A DNA stretch of 64,000 bases from Marispirochaeta sp. (lineage in GTDB: Bacteria; Spirochaetota; Spirochaetia; JC444; Marispirochaetaceae): the NCBI GenBank assembly GCA_963676835.2, contig CAXXFF010000002.1, forward strand, positions 320,001 through 384,000. The letters are read 5' to 3'. Below are positions 37,272-47,471 of this stretch, in pieces. Numbering within the stretch: position 1 is the first letter of the stretch; every line of letters starts with the position of its first letter. The translations under genes and the position numbers were made by a program. Under the pieces are notes generated by a model. It saw only the letters and a list, made by a program, of their open reading frames with translations. It made no database searches and was not told the origin of the DNA.

Positions 37272-38788
37272 CCACGAACCTCCTGGCCTTGCAAGTCAAT
37301 TGTTGAAACAGCACCCTTCATAATCTTTTCCTCTGTTATATCTTCCCCTGTGAGCTCAGCGGTAAAAGAATGATTATTCATTACCAGAACCCGGTCACTT
37401 AAACCGATCAGCTCCACCATATCGCTGGTATAGAGAACAACCGCAACATCATTATTCGCCAGATCACGGATAATCCGATAAATCTGCTGCTTGGTACCAA
37501 CATCAACGCCTTTTGTAGGCTCCAGCAGAATTACCACCTTCGGATCGGCGATAAGCCATTTGCCGATAACAAGCTTCTGCATATTCCCGCCGCTCAGGGA
37601 ATTGGCAGGCTGCCGGGAAGACGTGTATTTTATCTTCAACTTTTCAGTCACACCCTCAACAGCCTGTCCCTCTTCCCTGGTCTGAATAAAACCAAACTGC
37701 TGATGTGAATCAAGAGTAACAGATGCAAGATTTTCATAGACCGATGAGATAAGAAAAACACCTTCATCTCCCCGGTTTTCGGGTATCAGAGCGATACCGG
37801 CTTTAACGGCATCCTTCTGATTTCGTATCTTCTTTTCTTCGCCGTTTACTGCTATATGAAGAACTTCTGTCAGTTCCAACCCGAAAACAGACTGGAGGAG
37901 CTTTATCTGGCCCTGTCCCTGAAGACCGCCTATTCCTAGAACCTCACCTTTTTGAACAGAAAAATTACTCTTTTTGGGTGAATTACGGTACTGTACCTCA
38001 ACATCGAGAATACTGGATTTGGTTTTAATTTCTGTTTTTTCGGGGAAGATTTCCTTAAGTTCCCTTCCTACCATTGAAGAGATGAGACTATTCTCGGAAA
38101 AATAGCCGATTTTTTCTGTAATTACCTTCTGTCCGTCCTTGATAACAGTAACTCTGTCGGCAAGTTCAAAAACCTCTTCCAGTCGATGAGAAATATAGAT
38201 TATTCCTTTGCCCTTTTCCCGGAGATCCTTGATGATCTCGATCAGGGTCTGAACTTCTTCCTTTGAAAGCGAAGCCGTGGGTTCATCAAAAATAATCAAA
38301 TCGGGTTTCTGGCTGAGAACCTTGCCTATTTCAACCATCTGCCGTACGGCCATTGGAAGTCCGCCGATAAGCTCACTGGGATCAATATTCAAGTTAATAT
38401 CTGCCAGAACCTCTGCCGCCCGGGATTCAATAGTCTTCCAGTCAATCCGGCCGCCCCGGGTATTCCAGCTGCCGAGGGCAATATTCTCAGCTATACTCAG
38501 GTCTGGAAGAAGAGAAAGTTCCTGGTAAACAATACCGATCCCTTCCTGCCGTGCAACGGCATTATTACGCAGAACCGTCTCTTTCCCGCGCAGAAGAATT
38601 TTTCCTTCATTGGGCTGGTGTACTCCGGCAAGCATTTTAATCAGAGTACTTTTGCCTGCTCCGTTTTCACCGACGATACAATGGATTTCCCCTGCATAAC
38701 AGTCAAAGCTGACTGAATCTACTGCCCTTGTTCCGGGAAATTCCTTTACAACATTTTTCATTTCCAATAGAAGCTTATCTGTCTGCAT
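37268..38788 (-). CDS. Sugar ABC transporter ATP-binding protein (RbsA-like, two domains)
   Basis: GENGAGKST, DEPT, ISHRL and LSGGNMQK. Confidence 0.95.
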   Translation of the reverse strand: MQTDKLLLEMKNVVKEFPGTRAVDSVSFDCYAGEIHCIVGENGAGKSTLIKMLAGVHQPNEGKILLRGKETVLRNNAVARQEGIGIVYQELSLLPDLSIAENIALGSWNTRGGRIDWKTIESRAAEVLADINLNIDPSELIGGLPMAVRQMVEIGKVLSQKPDLIIFDEPTASLSKEEVQTLIEIIKDLREKGKGIIYISHRLEEVFELADRVTVIKDGQKVITEKIGYFSENSLISSMVGRELKEIFPEKTEIKTKSSILDVEVQYRNSPKKSNFSVQKGEVLGIGGLQGQGQIKLLQSVFGLELTEVLHIAVNGEEKKIRNQKDAVKAGIALIPENRGDEGVFLISSVYENLASVTLDSHQQFGFIQTREEGQAVEGVTEKLKIKYTSSRQPANSLSGGNMQKLVIGKWLIADPKVVILLEPTKGVDVGTKQQIYRIIRDLANNDVAVVLYTSDMVELIGLSDRVLVMNNHSFTAELTGEDITEEKIMKGAVSTIDLQGQEVRG

Positions 38789-38827
38789 TTACCATCCTCG
38801 GCTTCATCTAAAATCTGAAAACAAAAA

Positions 38828-38852
38828 CAGGGAGCAGTGCTGCTGCTCCCTG
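38828..38852 (-). terminator. Intra-operon hairpin after the binding-protein gene
   Basis: CAGGGAGCAG..CTGCTCCCTG followed by a T-run on the minus strand. Confidence 0.6.
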
Positions 38853-38870
38853 AAAAACCGGAAATTTTAA

Positions 38871-39905
38871 TCAGTTTTCAAATACTTTTTTCACAATCTC
38901 GTCAGGCAGCTGGCTGTTACACCAGAAACTGTCTGAAAGATTTACCCTGACATAATCTTCTACAGTCTCATTTGTGATAGTAGGAATAGGAATAATACTT
39001 TCCTTGGCAACTTCTTTGCCGTCAAGAGCATCAATTGCAACCTGAATAGCCGTTCTGGACATCCAGGTAGGACAGCTGGTAGCAATTGAATCGAAGTCAG
39101 CACCATCATCCTTCAGCTTTTTCCAGATCTTGAGAAAACCATTTCCGTCTTCTCCAGTGATAGGAGGAATAGCCTTGCCGCGCTCAAGATATACCTTGAT
39201 AACTGCTTCACTCATTGCTCCGCCCTGAGACCAGATACCGTCTATCTGTACATTGGAAGCAAGGATGTTTTCCATGGCACGCTTTGCCTTGGCAAAATCC
39301 CAGTCTGCATAGATGGTGTTTACAATCTCAATGTCCGGATACTGATCAAATACATCTGTTGCACCCTTAAAGCGGTCAGCCGAAGTGGATGTTCCCTTCA
39401 TACCGTTGAAAGCGAGAACCTGACCTTTTCCATCCATGGCTTTAACCAGCCATTCCGCCTGAACCCGGCCGAAATCAATCTGGTCTACAATGATGTGGCT
39501 TGTTACATTGTCAGTATCAACCATATTGTCGAAGTCAACCACAACAATCCCGGCAGCCATTGCCTTTTCAACAACAGGAACCAGGGCCTTGGGGTTTGCA
39601 GCAGTTATACAGATAGCATCAACTCCACGGGCCATAAGGTCCTCGATATCAGCAATCTGCTTGGCTGTGTCACCGTTGGCTTCAGTTGTAATCAATTCTG
39701 CAACCCTCGGGTTATTCGCTGCCTCGTGCTTGGCTTCTTCCATCATCTGCACACGCCATGAGTTACCAAGCGAGAAGTTACTCAACCCGATGACATAGGC
39801 ATCCTTGGGTCCCTTTGCTGCAGTTTCACCCTGTCCGGCTGCAAAAATGCTTACAGAGCATATCAGCATAGCCGCAATCATCAGAGCTCCAATTCTTTTA
39901 ACCAT
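38871..39905 (-). CDS. Sugar ABC transporter substrate-binding protein
   Basis: Leader ending FAAGQGE; GNSWR and QIADIEDL..GVDAI (ribose-like periplasmic binding fold). Confidence 0.9.
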   Translation of the reverse strand: MVKRIGALMIAAMLICSVSIFAAGQGETAAKGPKDAYVIGLSNFSLGNSWRVQMMEEAKHEAANNPRVAELITTEANGDTAKQIADIEDLMARGVDAICITAANPKALVPVVEKAMAAGIVVVDFDNMVDTDNVTSHIIVDQIDFGRVQAEWLVKAMDGKGQVLAFNGMKGTSTSADRFKGATDVFDQYPDIEIVNTIYADWDFAKAKRAMENILASNVQIDGIWSQGGAMSEAVIKVYLERGKAIPPITGEDGNGFLKIWKKLKDDGADFDSIATSCPTWMSRTAIQVAIDALDGKEVAKESIIPIPTITNETVEDYVRVNLSDSFWCNSQLPDEIVKKVFEN

Positions 39906-39962
39906 AAAATCCTCCTGATTAAATTTTAACTAACATTACCGTTAGCTGATCACTGTTACTAA

Positions 39963-40610
39963 CTACTCCACAATTGCAATTGCCCTGCATGGAGAGCCTT
40001 CCCGGCCTTCAAGCATCAATGGGAGCGCACACATTTTGAACATATTTTTTGAACCCAGCAGAGCCAGATTGGCCAGATTCTCCACAATAGGAATTCCGGC
40101 ACCAAGTACTTTCTTATGCCTGGGTGACGGCTTGTCCTCTACATAATCAATGCTGGTAGCATCGGTCATATATGCCCGTATTCTTTTTTCGATAAGCAGT
40201 TCGATGAGCTCATAGGAAGGAACCGGAAACAATTTATTATACAGCTCCGACTCAGCATAAACATCAATACCGGTATGAAGTACAAAAATTGTATCTTCAG
40301 GAATCTCATCCTGATCAGAGCAGATGTCGCTGATGAGTATTTCCTGTCCTGCCGGTTCTGCATTTACATGAAAGATTGCTGCATTCCCGTAAAAATGATC
40401 AAGGGGCATGGAATCTATAGTCACACCATCTGCTACATAGTGCAGCGGTGAATCAACATGGGTTCCTGTATGGACCAGCATTGTTGATCGGGTAAGGTTA
40501 TATCCTTCCGAATTCGCCCTGCCGATCCAGCTGAAGGTAGGACGCTCTGTCTCCGGATAAACCAGCATGGAATCCTTAACCGGATAGGTTAAATCAATTA
40601 TTTCTGACAC
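39963..40610 (-). CDS. Cyclase-family metal hydrolase (KynB-like)
   Basis: HTGTHVDSPLH, IVENL and GSPCRAIA motifs; GTG start. Confidence 0.9.
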   Translation of the reverse strand: MSEIIDLTYPVKDSMLVYPETERPTFSWIGRANSEGYNLTRSTMLVHTGTHVDSPLHYVADGVTIDSMPLDHFYGNAAIFHVNAEPAGQEILISDICSDQDEIPEDTIFVLHTGIDVYAESELYNKLFPVPSYELIELLIEKRIRAYMTDATSIDYVEDKPSPRHKKVLGAGIPIVENLANLALLGSKNMFKMCALPLMLEGREGSPCRAIAIVE

Positions 40611-40659
40611 TCTCTAATCAACTCCGTGAATCTAATAGACTAATCGATCAATCTGACCA

Positions 40660-40689
40660 ATGATAAAAGGTGAAACCCGGTATTGTCAA
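40660..40689 (-). promoter_or_regulatory. Promoter of the cyclase/ABC operon
   Basis: Minus strand TTGACA-18-TATCAT, followed by TGGTCAGA (FadR-like half-site). Confidence 0.55.
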
Positions 40690-40721
40690 TATTTTTTTAC
40701 CAATTTAATAAACAGACCATT

Positions 40722-41573
40722 TCATAGCAGGAATCTTTCATTCAGCCAGCTGAACATATACTCAAAAACCTCTTCACGCTCCGGTTCATTAAAAATCTCA
40801 TGATAGAGGCCGGGCCAATGTTTCATGGTTTTATCGCTGCTCCCGCAGTGCTCATATACATATTCAGCTGCCGATGTACTGATAACCTTGTCATCGCCTC
40901 CGTGCATTACCAGTAGAGGAAGAGTAACCTCAGCCATGCGCCGGTTGACTTCAGTCTGTGCTTTTAAGAGCTGGCTCCCGGTACGTGCCCTCACCTTTCC
41001 ATGATACTGCAGGGGATCTTTGTCGTCTTCGGCCCGCATTTCCATATTTCGGGTAACTTCGGACAGATCCACATCCTGCACCGGCAGATTAGGCAGTACT
41101 GCCGCTACAATACCGGCAAGTGCCTTAATGAAGGGACTGATGCCTTCAGGCATTTTGACCATGGGCCCGCTTAAAATAACAGCCGCGTATTCATCCTGAT
41201 GGTCCAGAAGCTGAAACAGGGCGAACATACCGCCCATGCTGTGACCCACAAGAACTGCGGGAACACCCGGGGTGTTCTGTTTCGCCAGCTGGGTAAGAAT
41301 ATGGACATCCTCCCGGATCAGATCACTGCCTTCAATATCCGCAAAGACCTTCTGACTGTGCCCGTGCCCCCGGTGATCCGGAACATAGGCAGCAAATCCG
41401 GCATCCGCGAAGGCCTGGAGAACATGGGCATACCGGCCGGAATGCTCACCATAACCATGAAGAATGATAACGATACCCTTAGCCTCAACGGGCATTACAT
41501 GCCGGTAAAACAGCTCTCGGCCCTTGAACCCCTGATATGTAGATTCATGGATAGTTTTTATATGCGCTTTCAT
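40722..41573 (-). CDS. Alpha/beta hydrolase (monoacylglycerol lipase/lysophospholipase-like)
   Basis: HGYGEHSGRY, GHSMGG, HGGDD and YHEIFNEP. Confidence 0.92.
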   Translation of the reverse strand: MKAHIKTIHESTYQGFKGRELFYRHVMPVEAKGIVIILHGYGEHSGRYAHVLQAFADAGFAAYVPDHRGHGHSQKVFADIEGSDLIREDVHILTQLAKQNTPGVPAVLVGHSMGGMFALFQLLDHQDEYAAVILSGPMVKMPEGISPFIKALAGIVAAVLPNLPVQDVDLSEVTRNMEMRAEDDKDPLQYHGKVRARTGSQLLKAQTEVNRRMAEVTLPLLVMHGGDDKVISTSAAEYVYEHCGSSDKTMKHWPGLYHEIFNEPEREEVFEYMFSWLNERFLL

Positions 41574-41608
41574 GAAATCACTGTACCACAGATTCTTTTG
41601 GCGGGCAT

Positions 41609-41640
41609 AAAAAAAGACCGGCCCCCGAAGGGACCGGCCG
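41609..41640 (-). terminator. Rho-independent terminator of pckG
   Basis: Minus strand GGCCGGTCCC-TTCG-GGGGCCGGTC followed by TTTTTT. Confidence 0.8.
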
Positions 41641-41664
41641 AAAAATGCTTTTCAAGCGCGGATA

Positions 41665-43599
41665 TTAGCCGAGCTTGTCTACAGGAACAACTGCACCGAA
41701 CTTCTCTTTAAGAGCGTTGAGTTCAGCTTTCTGCTGTTCGTAAACCTTGAAGAGCTGGGGAGGAAGGTTGGTTTCCTTGCTGTATGCTTCTTCCTGGATT
41801 GCAATTCTCTTGAGGATGTTGTCCACATAGAGTGCAAACTGCATGTCGTAGAGACTCTTGGGGTACTCTTTGCTGATTCCGTCGAAAAGTTTCTTGAGGT
41901 CCTCATATTTGGGGATAAATCCAATGGGAGTCTCAATAGCTTCAACGTCACCGTTTGCATAAAGCTCAAGCCAGCCGAGCCATACCTTTACGTCTTTCTT
42001 CTCACCGAGAAGACCCTTTCCGGAGCTTCCGCGGTTCTCATGGGTAAGGAAGTAGTTAAGACCTGCCATGATGGGCATGCTCTTGATTTTACCGGAGTTG
42101 AAGAACTTGAACTGTGCATCCATGTAGTCGGAAAGTGCACCGGGTACGAAGGGGGCATTTGCCCAGGGCTGACGGTTAACACCGGTAGCTCCAACCTCGG
42201 TAGCAGTTGCCTTGGAAACTACGGAAGCTCCGATGGCAACACCGGCGTCAGCGCTCTTGGCAACCCAAACGGGAACCATGGTGTCCGCATCACGTCCGGA
42301 GTAGGTAATAACCTGAAGGTGGACACCGTTGGGATCTTCAGCATCTTTCGCATTGTAGTTGTCAATGGCAGTACAAGCGAGGGTACAGCGGCTGTTGGGG
42401 TGCGACATGGGAACATCCTTCATTGCAGGAGTCCATTCGCCCTGAAAGTTGGTTCCCTTTGCAGGAATCTCTTCACCATCACCGATCCAGCGGGGTTTCT
42501 TGTTCTCGTCGATAAGAACGTTGGAGAAGATAACAGTAGTACCTTCGTTGCGGAGACGTTTCATGAGGTAGGGGTCGCCCTCTTCATTTACATCTTCTAC
42601 AATTCCGAAGATACCTGCTTCAGGGTTGATTCCCCGAACAGTTCCGTCATCTGCAATCCAGATCTGTGCAAGGTCGTCACCGATGAAGTCGGTACCAACC
42701 ATTGCGGTGGTAGTCTTTCCACAACCGGAGGGTGCAGCACCTGCGAAGTAGGTCTTACGTCCGCCAGGGCCGGTCATACCGGTAATAAACATGTGCTCGG
42801 AAAGCTCTTCCTCAACCTTGTAGTAGGTTGCCCGGTCTACCGCGAAACGGTGATTACCCTTCTTGAGAAGCAGGGTGTTACCGGCATAGGTACAGTAGGT
42901 TGAGTAACAGGTCTGCCAGGAGCGGTCCATGTAGATCCGTGCATTGGGCACGTCTTCGGGCCGGTTGGGTCCCTGGCTGTGTACGTTGGTAAGGAAAGTT
43001 CCCGCACGTTCTGCTTCTGCGTCGAAGTCAGAGAAAACGTTACGGTAAAGAAGATCACCACTGGTCTGTACATAGGTGGAAGAGGTGATCATAAGAGCAG
43101 GAAGAGAAGCCTTTGCACCGACAGGTCCGCGGTTCAGGAAGGAAACGTACATGGTAAGTCCCTTCATGATTCCCTTCATCTCTTTTTTGATGTACGCGTG
43201 AGACTCAGAGCGGAGCTCTTTTTTAGCCAGTGCGCTGATGTCTTCGTCTTCGTTTACGATGTAGAAAGTCTGCTTTACCAGACGTCCCTGATCCTGGGGA
43301 AGGTCAAAGTGGATAGTGTGATCTTTGATTGCCAGGGGTGCTTCTTCACCGGTTTCAATACTCTTCTGCTTTACATAAGCAGCATCTGCAGCGGAATCAT
43401 CGATAATGAAAACACTGTCGGGCTCACACATGGAAATTGCGTTAGCAATCTTCAGCAGGGCCTCTTCGTTCTTGATTTTGTTGATTTTTGCCAGGTTGGC
43501 TGCATCAAGGTTGGATTCAAATACCTTGCGGGCTTCGTCAATAGACTTTACACCGCCGACGTCTGAAAGGATATCTACCCCTTTCTTCATCTCTAACAT
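41665..43599 (-). CDS. pckG: Phosphoenolpyruvate carboxykinase (GTP)
   Basis: YAGN..KK, EHM, APSGCGKT, GDD, INPEAGIFG and HPNSR. Confidence 0.93.
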   Translation of the reverse strand: MLEMKKGVDILSDVGGVKSIDEARKVFESNLDAANLAKINKIKNEEALLKIANAISMCEPDSVFIIDDSAADAAYVKQKSIETGEEAPLAIKDHTIHFDLPQDQGRLVKQTFYIVNEDEDISALAKKELRSESHAYIKKEMKGIMKGLTMYVSFLNRGPVGAKASLPALMITSSTYVQTSGDLLYRNVFSDFDAEAERAGTFLTNVHSQGPNRPEDVPNARIYMDRSWQTCYSTYCTYAGNTLLLKKGNHRFAVDRATYYKVEEELSEHMFITGMTGPGGRKTYFAGAAPSGCGKTTTAMVGTDFIGDDLAQIWIADDGTVRGINPEAGIFGIVEDVNEEGDPYLMKRLRNEGTTVIFSNVLIDENKKPRWIGDGEEIPAKGTNFQGEWTPAMKDVPMSHPNSRCTLACTAIDNYNAKDAEDPNGVHLQVITYSGRDADTMVPVWVAKSADAGVAIGASVVSKATATEVGATGVNRQPWANAPFVPGALSDYMDAQFKFFNSGKIKSMPIMAGLNYFLTHENRGSSGKGLLGEKKDVKVWLGWLELYANGDVEAIETPIGFIPKYEDLKKLFDGISKEYPKSLYDMQFALYVDNILKRIAIQEEAYSKETNLPPQLFKVYEQQKAELNALKEKFGAVVPVDKLG

Positions 43600-43735
43600 G
43601 ATAAGCTCCTTCCGTTCTTTGTAGGAAATTATATTGGCGTAATCCGGCGTCCCACACCGGAACTACATACATGATACGGGCTATATGATAGTGAATTTTA
43701 AGGGGCAGGGTCAAGATCAACCCCCATTTCAGCTA

Positions 43736-44764
43736 TTATTTCCGACCCTTATACTTATATACATCCTTTACGGACCTGGATATCTGCTTCCATTTCTTCA
43801 GTTCTTCCTGCCTTGCCTGATAATCCGTACGTCTCTCCAGATATTTCAGCTCTTTCCGCAGTTCCAGATAGGCTTCATAGCGGTCTGCAGCAATGGCCCC
43901 CTCTTCCACCGCCTTCAGAACCGCACATCCCGGTTCCGAGATATGGGTGCAGTCCCGAAACCGGCAGTCACCGGCAAAGCTGTCAATCTCACTGAATACC
44001 GTATTGAGAGAATCTTCTCCGCCCCAGAGCTGCAGCTCCCGAAGGCCCGGGGTATCAATCAGAAAACCTCCGGAAGGGAGTGCCACCAGATTACGGGAGG
44101 TTGATGTATGCCTTCCCCGCCGGTCCTGATCCCTCTGAGCTCCCGTATCGAGCAGTTCACTTCCGGCCAGGGCATTTATAAGGGAGGATTTGCCCACTCC
44201 GGAAGGGCCGACAAGCACCGCTGTTGTATCTGCAGTGACCGCTCTCTGCAGCTCAGAAATTCCATCCCCGGTTAAGGTGCTGGTAAGAATCAGCTTTACA
44301 CCGGGGGCGGCTTCTTCTGCTTCAACAAGCACAGTCGCCAGATCTGAACAGAGGTCAAGCTTATTAAGGATCAGAACAGGTTCAGCTCCGCTTTCCACTG
44401 CCAGAGTAAGATAGCGTTCAATACCCCTGCGGGTAAAATTGCGCCCTCCGTCCAGGCCGGCAACAATGCCGACAATATCAACATTGGCTGCAAGAATCTG
44501 TTCTTCGCTCTTTTCCCCGGCGCTCTTTCGGCTTATGGCACTTTTCCGGGGTAGAATCTCATCTATCACTTCCCCCTCATCACGCAGCCGGACCCAGTCT
44601 CCCACTACGGGAAAATCCGACTTCTTCTCCGCGCTATGGCGAAACGATCCGGAAACAGAACAGGTAATATCCTGTTCACCGATACGAACTCTGTAAATAT
44701 GGGTACCTTCTCCGGTAACCCGGCCGATACGGCTGTTTTCACTGTTATTGTGTATATCTGACAT
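43736..44764 (-). CDS. rsgA: Ribosome small subunit-dependent GTPase A
   Basis: Circularly permuted order NKLD, GPSGVGKS, GRHTS, DTPG; Zn motif CRFRDCTH.EPGC. Confidence 0.93.
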   Translation of the reverse strand: MSDIHNNSENSRIGRVTGEGTHIYRVRIGEQDITCSVSGSFRHSAEKKSDFPVVGDWVRLRDEGEVIDEILPRKSAISRKSAGEKSEEQILAANVDIVGIVAGLDGGRNFTRRGIERYLTLAVESGAEPVLILNKLDLCSDLATVLVEAEEAAPGVKLILTSTLTGDGISELQRAVTADTTAVLVGPSGVGKSSLINALAGSELLDTGAQRDQDRRGRHTSTSRNLVALPSGGFLIDTPGLRELQLWGGEDSLNTVFSEIDSFAGDCRFRDCTHISEPGCAVLKAVEEGAIAADRYEAYLELRKELKYLERRTDYQARQEELKKWKQISRSVKDVYKYKGRK

Positions 44765-44946
44765 AGTATTTCCTCACAGCCGGCGGAAATCCCGCAGCTG
44801 CAGTATGGACCTATCTGTACGGCGCAATTTTGTTCGTTATTTGCGGTACAGCCATTGAGATGTTGTATTTACGGATAGGGTGTTCCCGGAAAGAAAAGTC
44901 AGGAAAAGGAGAAAATTTTTAAATTGTGATCCCACGTTCCTGGGTA

Positions 44947-44982
44947 TCAGCCGGGGAAAGACCCTCGAATAACTGCAATCAT
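44947..44982 (-). CDS. Putative leader peptide MIAVIRGSFPG upstream of rsgA
   Basis: GGGAGG 8 nt before the ATG; 11 codons then TGA; lies in the rsgA 5' leader. Confidence 0.55.
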   Translation of the reverse strand: MIAVIRGSFPG

Positions 44983-45045
44983 CAAAACTACCTCCCGAAA
45001 AGAGATTGGATCAGATTCAGTATGAATCCTTGTTATCCTGAGCAT

Positions 45046-45075
45046 ATCCTACATCCTGCTGTCCAGAACCGTCAA
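45046..45075 (-). promoter_or_regulatory. Candidate promoter of leader-rsgA
   Basis: Minus strand TTGACG-18-TAGGAT. Confidence 0.5.
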
Positions 45076-45133
45076 GTAATTGTCTGTTTCTATCTAAAGA
45101 TGAATAAAACAGATGATAACTCGATAAAGCCTT

Positions 45134-45865
45134 TCAGGATTTATACTGAATACTGCAGGCGAAGGATTCACTGCCGTCGGACAGTATTCCCCGCACGGTT
45201 GTAGATCCCTCAGCATCGCTCCGCTGAAGCAGTACCCGGTCATTCCAGGCGGCAGATTTCGCGTAGCTCACAGCAAACCCGGAAGGTTCCACCCGGTTGA
45301 TCTCCTCCGGAGCATAACAGTCGGTTGCCCAGCGGAGGTAACGTATATTGTTTACATGTCCCTGCTGATCAAGATCCGAATAGCGGGCGGTAACCTCGAG
45401 TTCAGAGCGGATATCTCCTGAAGGAGGAATTTTCCCGGCGGTTCCGGGGATCGCTTCTCCGGCAGCAGAGAAATCAAACTTTTCAAACACCGCTTGCGGC
45501 CGAACGGGTCGGAGGGAACTGGTGTCGAGCAGCATCCAGCCGCTGGTGGCTCTGACTATTTCAGCCCCGCTGCTGTCGAGAATACGGTAATCCCTTCTGG
45601 CCAGTGGGCCCTGGGGGACCTTCGGCCAGGTTTCGACAACAATACTTTCCCGGTGTCCGGGAAGGCGGACGATCTCGGTCTGCAGCCGGGAAAGAACCCA
45701 CATACGGCCTTCTTCGCGGCAGTAGCTTTCACCGAAACCGTGGACCTCCGCCTGAAGAAGGGCCGCCTCCTGAAAGAGGGCGGAAATCGCCGGCAGGGTC
45801 ATAAGGCCGCGGATACCGGTTTCACTGTAGATAACGGTATGGTTGAAGGAATACTGCAGATCCAT
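45134..45865 (-). CDS. Acyl-ACP thioesterase
   Basis: WVLSR, VETWP and RYSDLDQQGHVNN.RY; double hotdog fold. Confidence 0.9.
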   Translation of the reverse strand: MDLQYSFNHTVIYSETGIRGLMTLPAISALFQEAALLQAEVHGFGESYCREEGRMWVLSRLQTEIVRLPGHRESIVVETWPKVPQGPLARRDYRILDSSGAEIVRATSGWMLLDTSSLRPVRPQAVFEKFDFSAAGEAIPGTAGKIPPSGDIRSELEVTARYSDLDQQGHVNNIRYLRWATDCYAPEEINRVEPSGFAVSYAKSAAWNDRVLLQRSDAEGSTTVRGILSDGSESFACSIQYKS

Positions 45866-46033
45866 AAACTGCCTCCGGAACTTCGGTAAATCTGGATTAT
45901 GATTCGGTCTATCCTAAAATCATTCACCTTCCTATGGCAAGAGTATGACACGAGCATAGGCACACATGCAGCATGGGCATAAAAAGAGAATTACATGGGT
46001 TTGACAAAAGCATGATATTATATCCAAAGGAGG

Positions 46034-46516
46034 ATGTTTATGGAAAAAGTAGAGGATTGCAAATACTGTGCAAACGATGAACGGGTATCATCGATCATGA
46101 TAAAAGTGCGGGACCTGAACGTATCAACACTGCATCTGTTCAAAGAGCAGACCTACCGGGGACGCTGTATTCTTGTCTTCCGGGGGCATAAAACCGAATT
46201 GTTTCAGCTTGGGCCGGAAGAACGGACAGGATTTATGAACGACCTTGCCGAGGCGGCCGGAGCCATTTCCAGGGCTTTTTCTCCGGATAAAATAAACTAT
46301 GCCCTTTTCGGCGACACCGTGCCTCACATGCATGTACATCTGGTACCGAAATATGCAGGAAAAGATCAGTGGGGCACCGTTTTTACCATGCAGCCCGAAC
46401 CGGGGAGCTATCTGTCCGAGGCGGAATATACTACAATGATATCCGACCTGAACAGGGAGCTTGCAGCATATGGACAAACCGCTAAAAACCCTGCTGGAAA
46501 CAATAGGCAGCAGTAA
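46034..46516 (+). CDS. HIT family protein
   Basis: CKYC and PHMHVHLVP histidine triad. Confidence 0.92.
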   Translation: MFMEKVEDCKYCANDERVSSIMIKVRDLNVSTLHLFKEQTYRGRCILVFRGHKTELFQLGPEERTGFMNDLAEAAGAISRAFSPDKINYALFGDTVPHMHVHLVPKYAGKDQWGTVFTMQPEPGSYLSEAEYTTMISDLNRELAAYGQTAKNPAGNNRQQ

Positions 46517-47426
46517 AACAGTTTACATTCAAAGCCACGACTTTCCCGATCACGATTCCATCGCTTCGGCATATGGACTTTCGGTACTGCTGAAATTTTT
46601 CAGTATCCATACCGGGCTGGTCTATGAAGGAACTGTACAGAGGGACTCCCTCAAACTCCTGATGGAAGAGCTTAAAATTCCCATGCTGCATGTGTCCGAA
46701 CACGATCTTACCGAAAGCGACCAGATTCTTATTGTAGATGGCTGTAAAGGCAACAAAAACGTTACAGACCTGGTGGGAACAGAAATCGGTGTGATAGACC
46801 ATCATAATGTACAGCATCCGGAGGACGTACCCTTTGGAGATATCCGGCCCGACTACGGTGCCTGCAGCACCATCATCTGTGAATACTTCCGCGAAGCGGA
46901 TATCGAAATACCCGGCAGTGTTGCTACCGCCCTTATGGTAGGCCTGCTGGTTGATACAGCCCAGCTTACCCGGGGCGTTTCCCAGGCTGACGTGGATGCC
47001 CACAGCTGGCTCTACCGCATCTGCGATACCGCCTTTGTAAATGCCCTGCTGCGCAATAACATCCAGCAGAAAGACCTTGCCTTCTACCGTCAGGCCCTGG
47101 AGAGAGTTCAGATTGAACAAGCAATCGCCTACTGCTGGTTTCCCGAAGGGTGCAAACAGAATCTGATGGGGATCATCGGGGACTTTTTCCTCTCATTGAA
47201 AGAGGTGGAATTCGTCTGTCTTGCAGCAAAAAACGGCAACCGGGTCAACTTTTCCCTGCGCAGTGAAAACCGGCAGTGGAATGCCGCGGCGGTCATCAAG
47301 GAACTGCTCCGGGGGATCGGCTTCGGCGGCGGCCATACCGATATGGCCGGAGGAATAGTACAGGATCCCTCAAAATTCAATCCCGACAAGGTGCTGCCCT
47401 TTCTGCTGGAGCTGCTCTCCCCCTGA
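46470..47426 (+). CDS. DHH family phosphoesterase
   Basis: HDFPDHD, IDHH, GACST and GGGH..MAGG. Confidence 0.92.
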   Translation: MDKPLKTLLETIGSSKTVYIQSHDFPDHDSIASAYGLSVLLKFFSIHTGLVYEGTVQRDSLKLLMEELKIPMLHVSEHDLTESDQILIVDGCKGNKNVTDLVGTEIGVIDHHNVQHPEDVPFGDIRPDYGACSTIICEYFREADIEIPGSVATALMVGLLVDTAQLTRGVSQADVDAHSWLYRICDTAFVNALLRNNIQQKDLAFYRQALERVQIEQAIAYCWFPEGCKQNLMGIIGDFFLSLKEVEFVCLAAKNGNRVNFSLRSENRQWNAAAVIKELLRGIGFGGGHTDMAGGIVQDPSKFNPDKVLPFLLELLSP

Positions 47427-47471
47427 TACGGGTAGACCGGCAGATCTTTCTTCCGTATCTTTTTTACCAGT

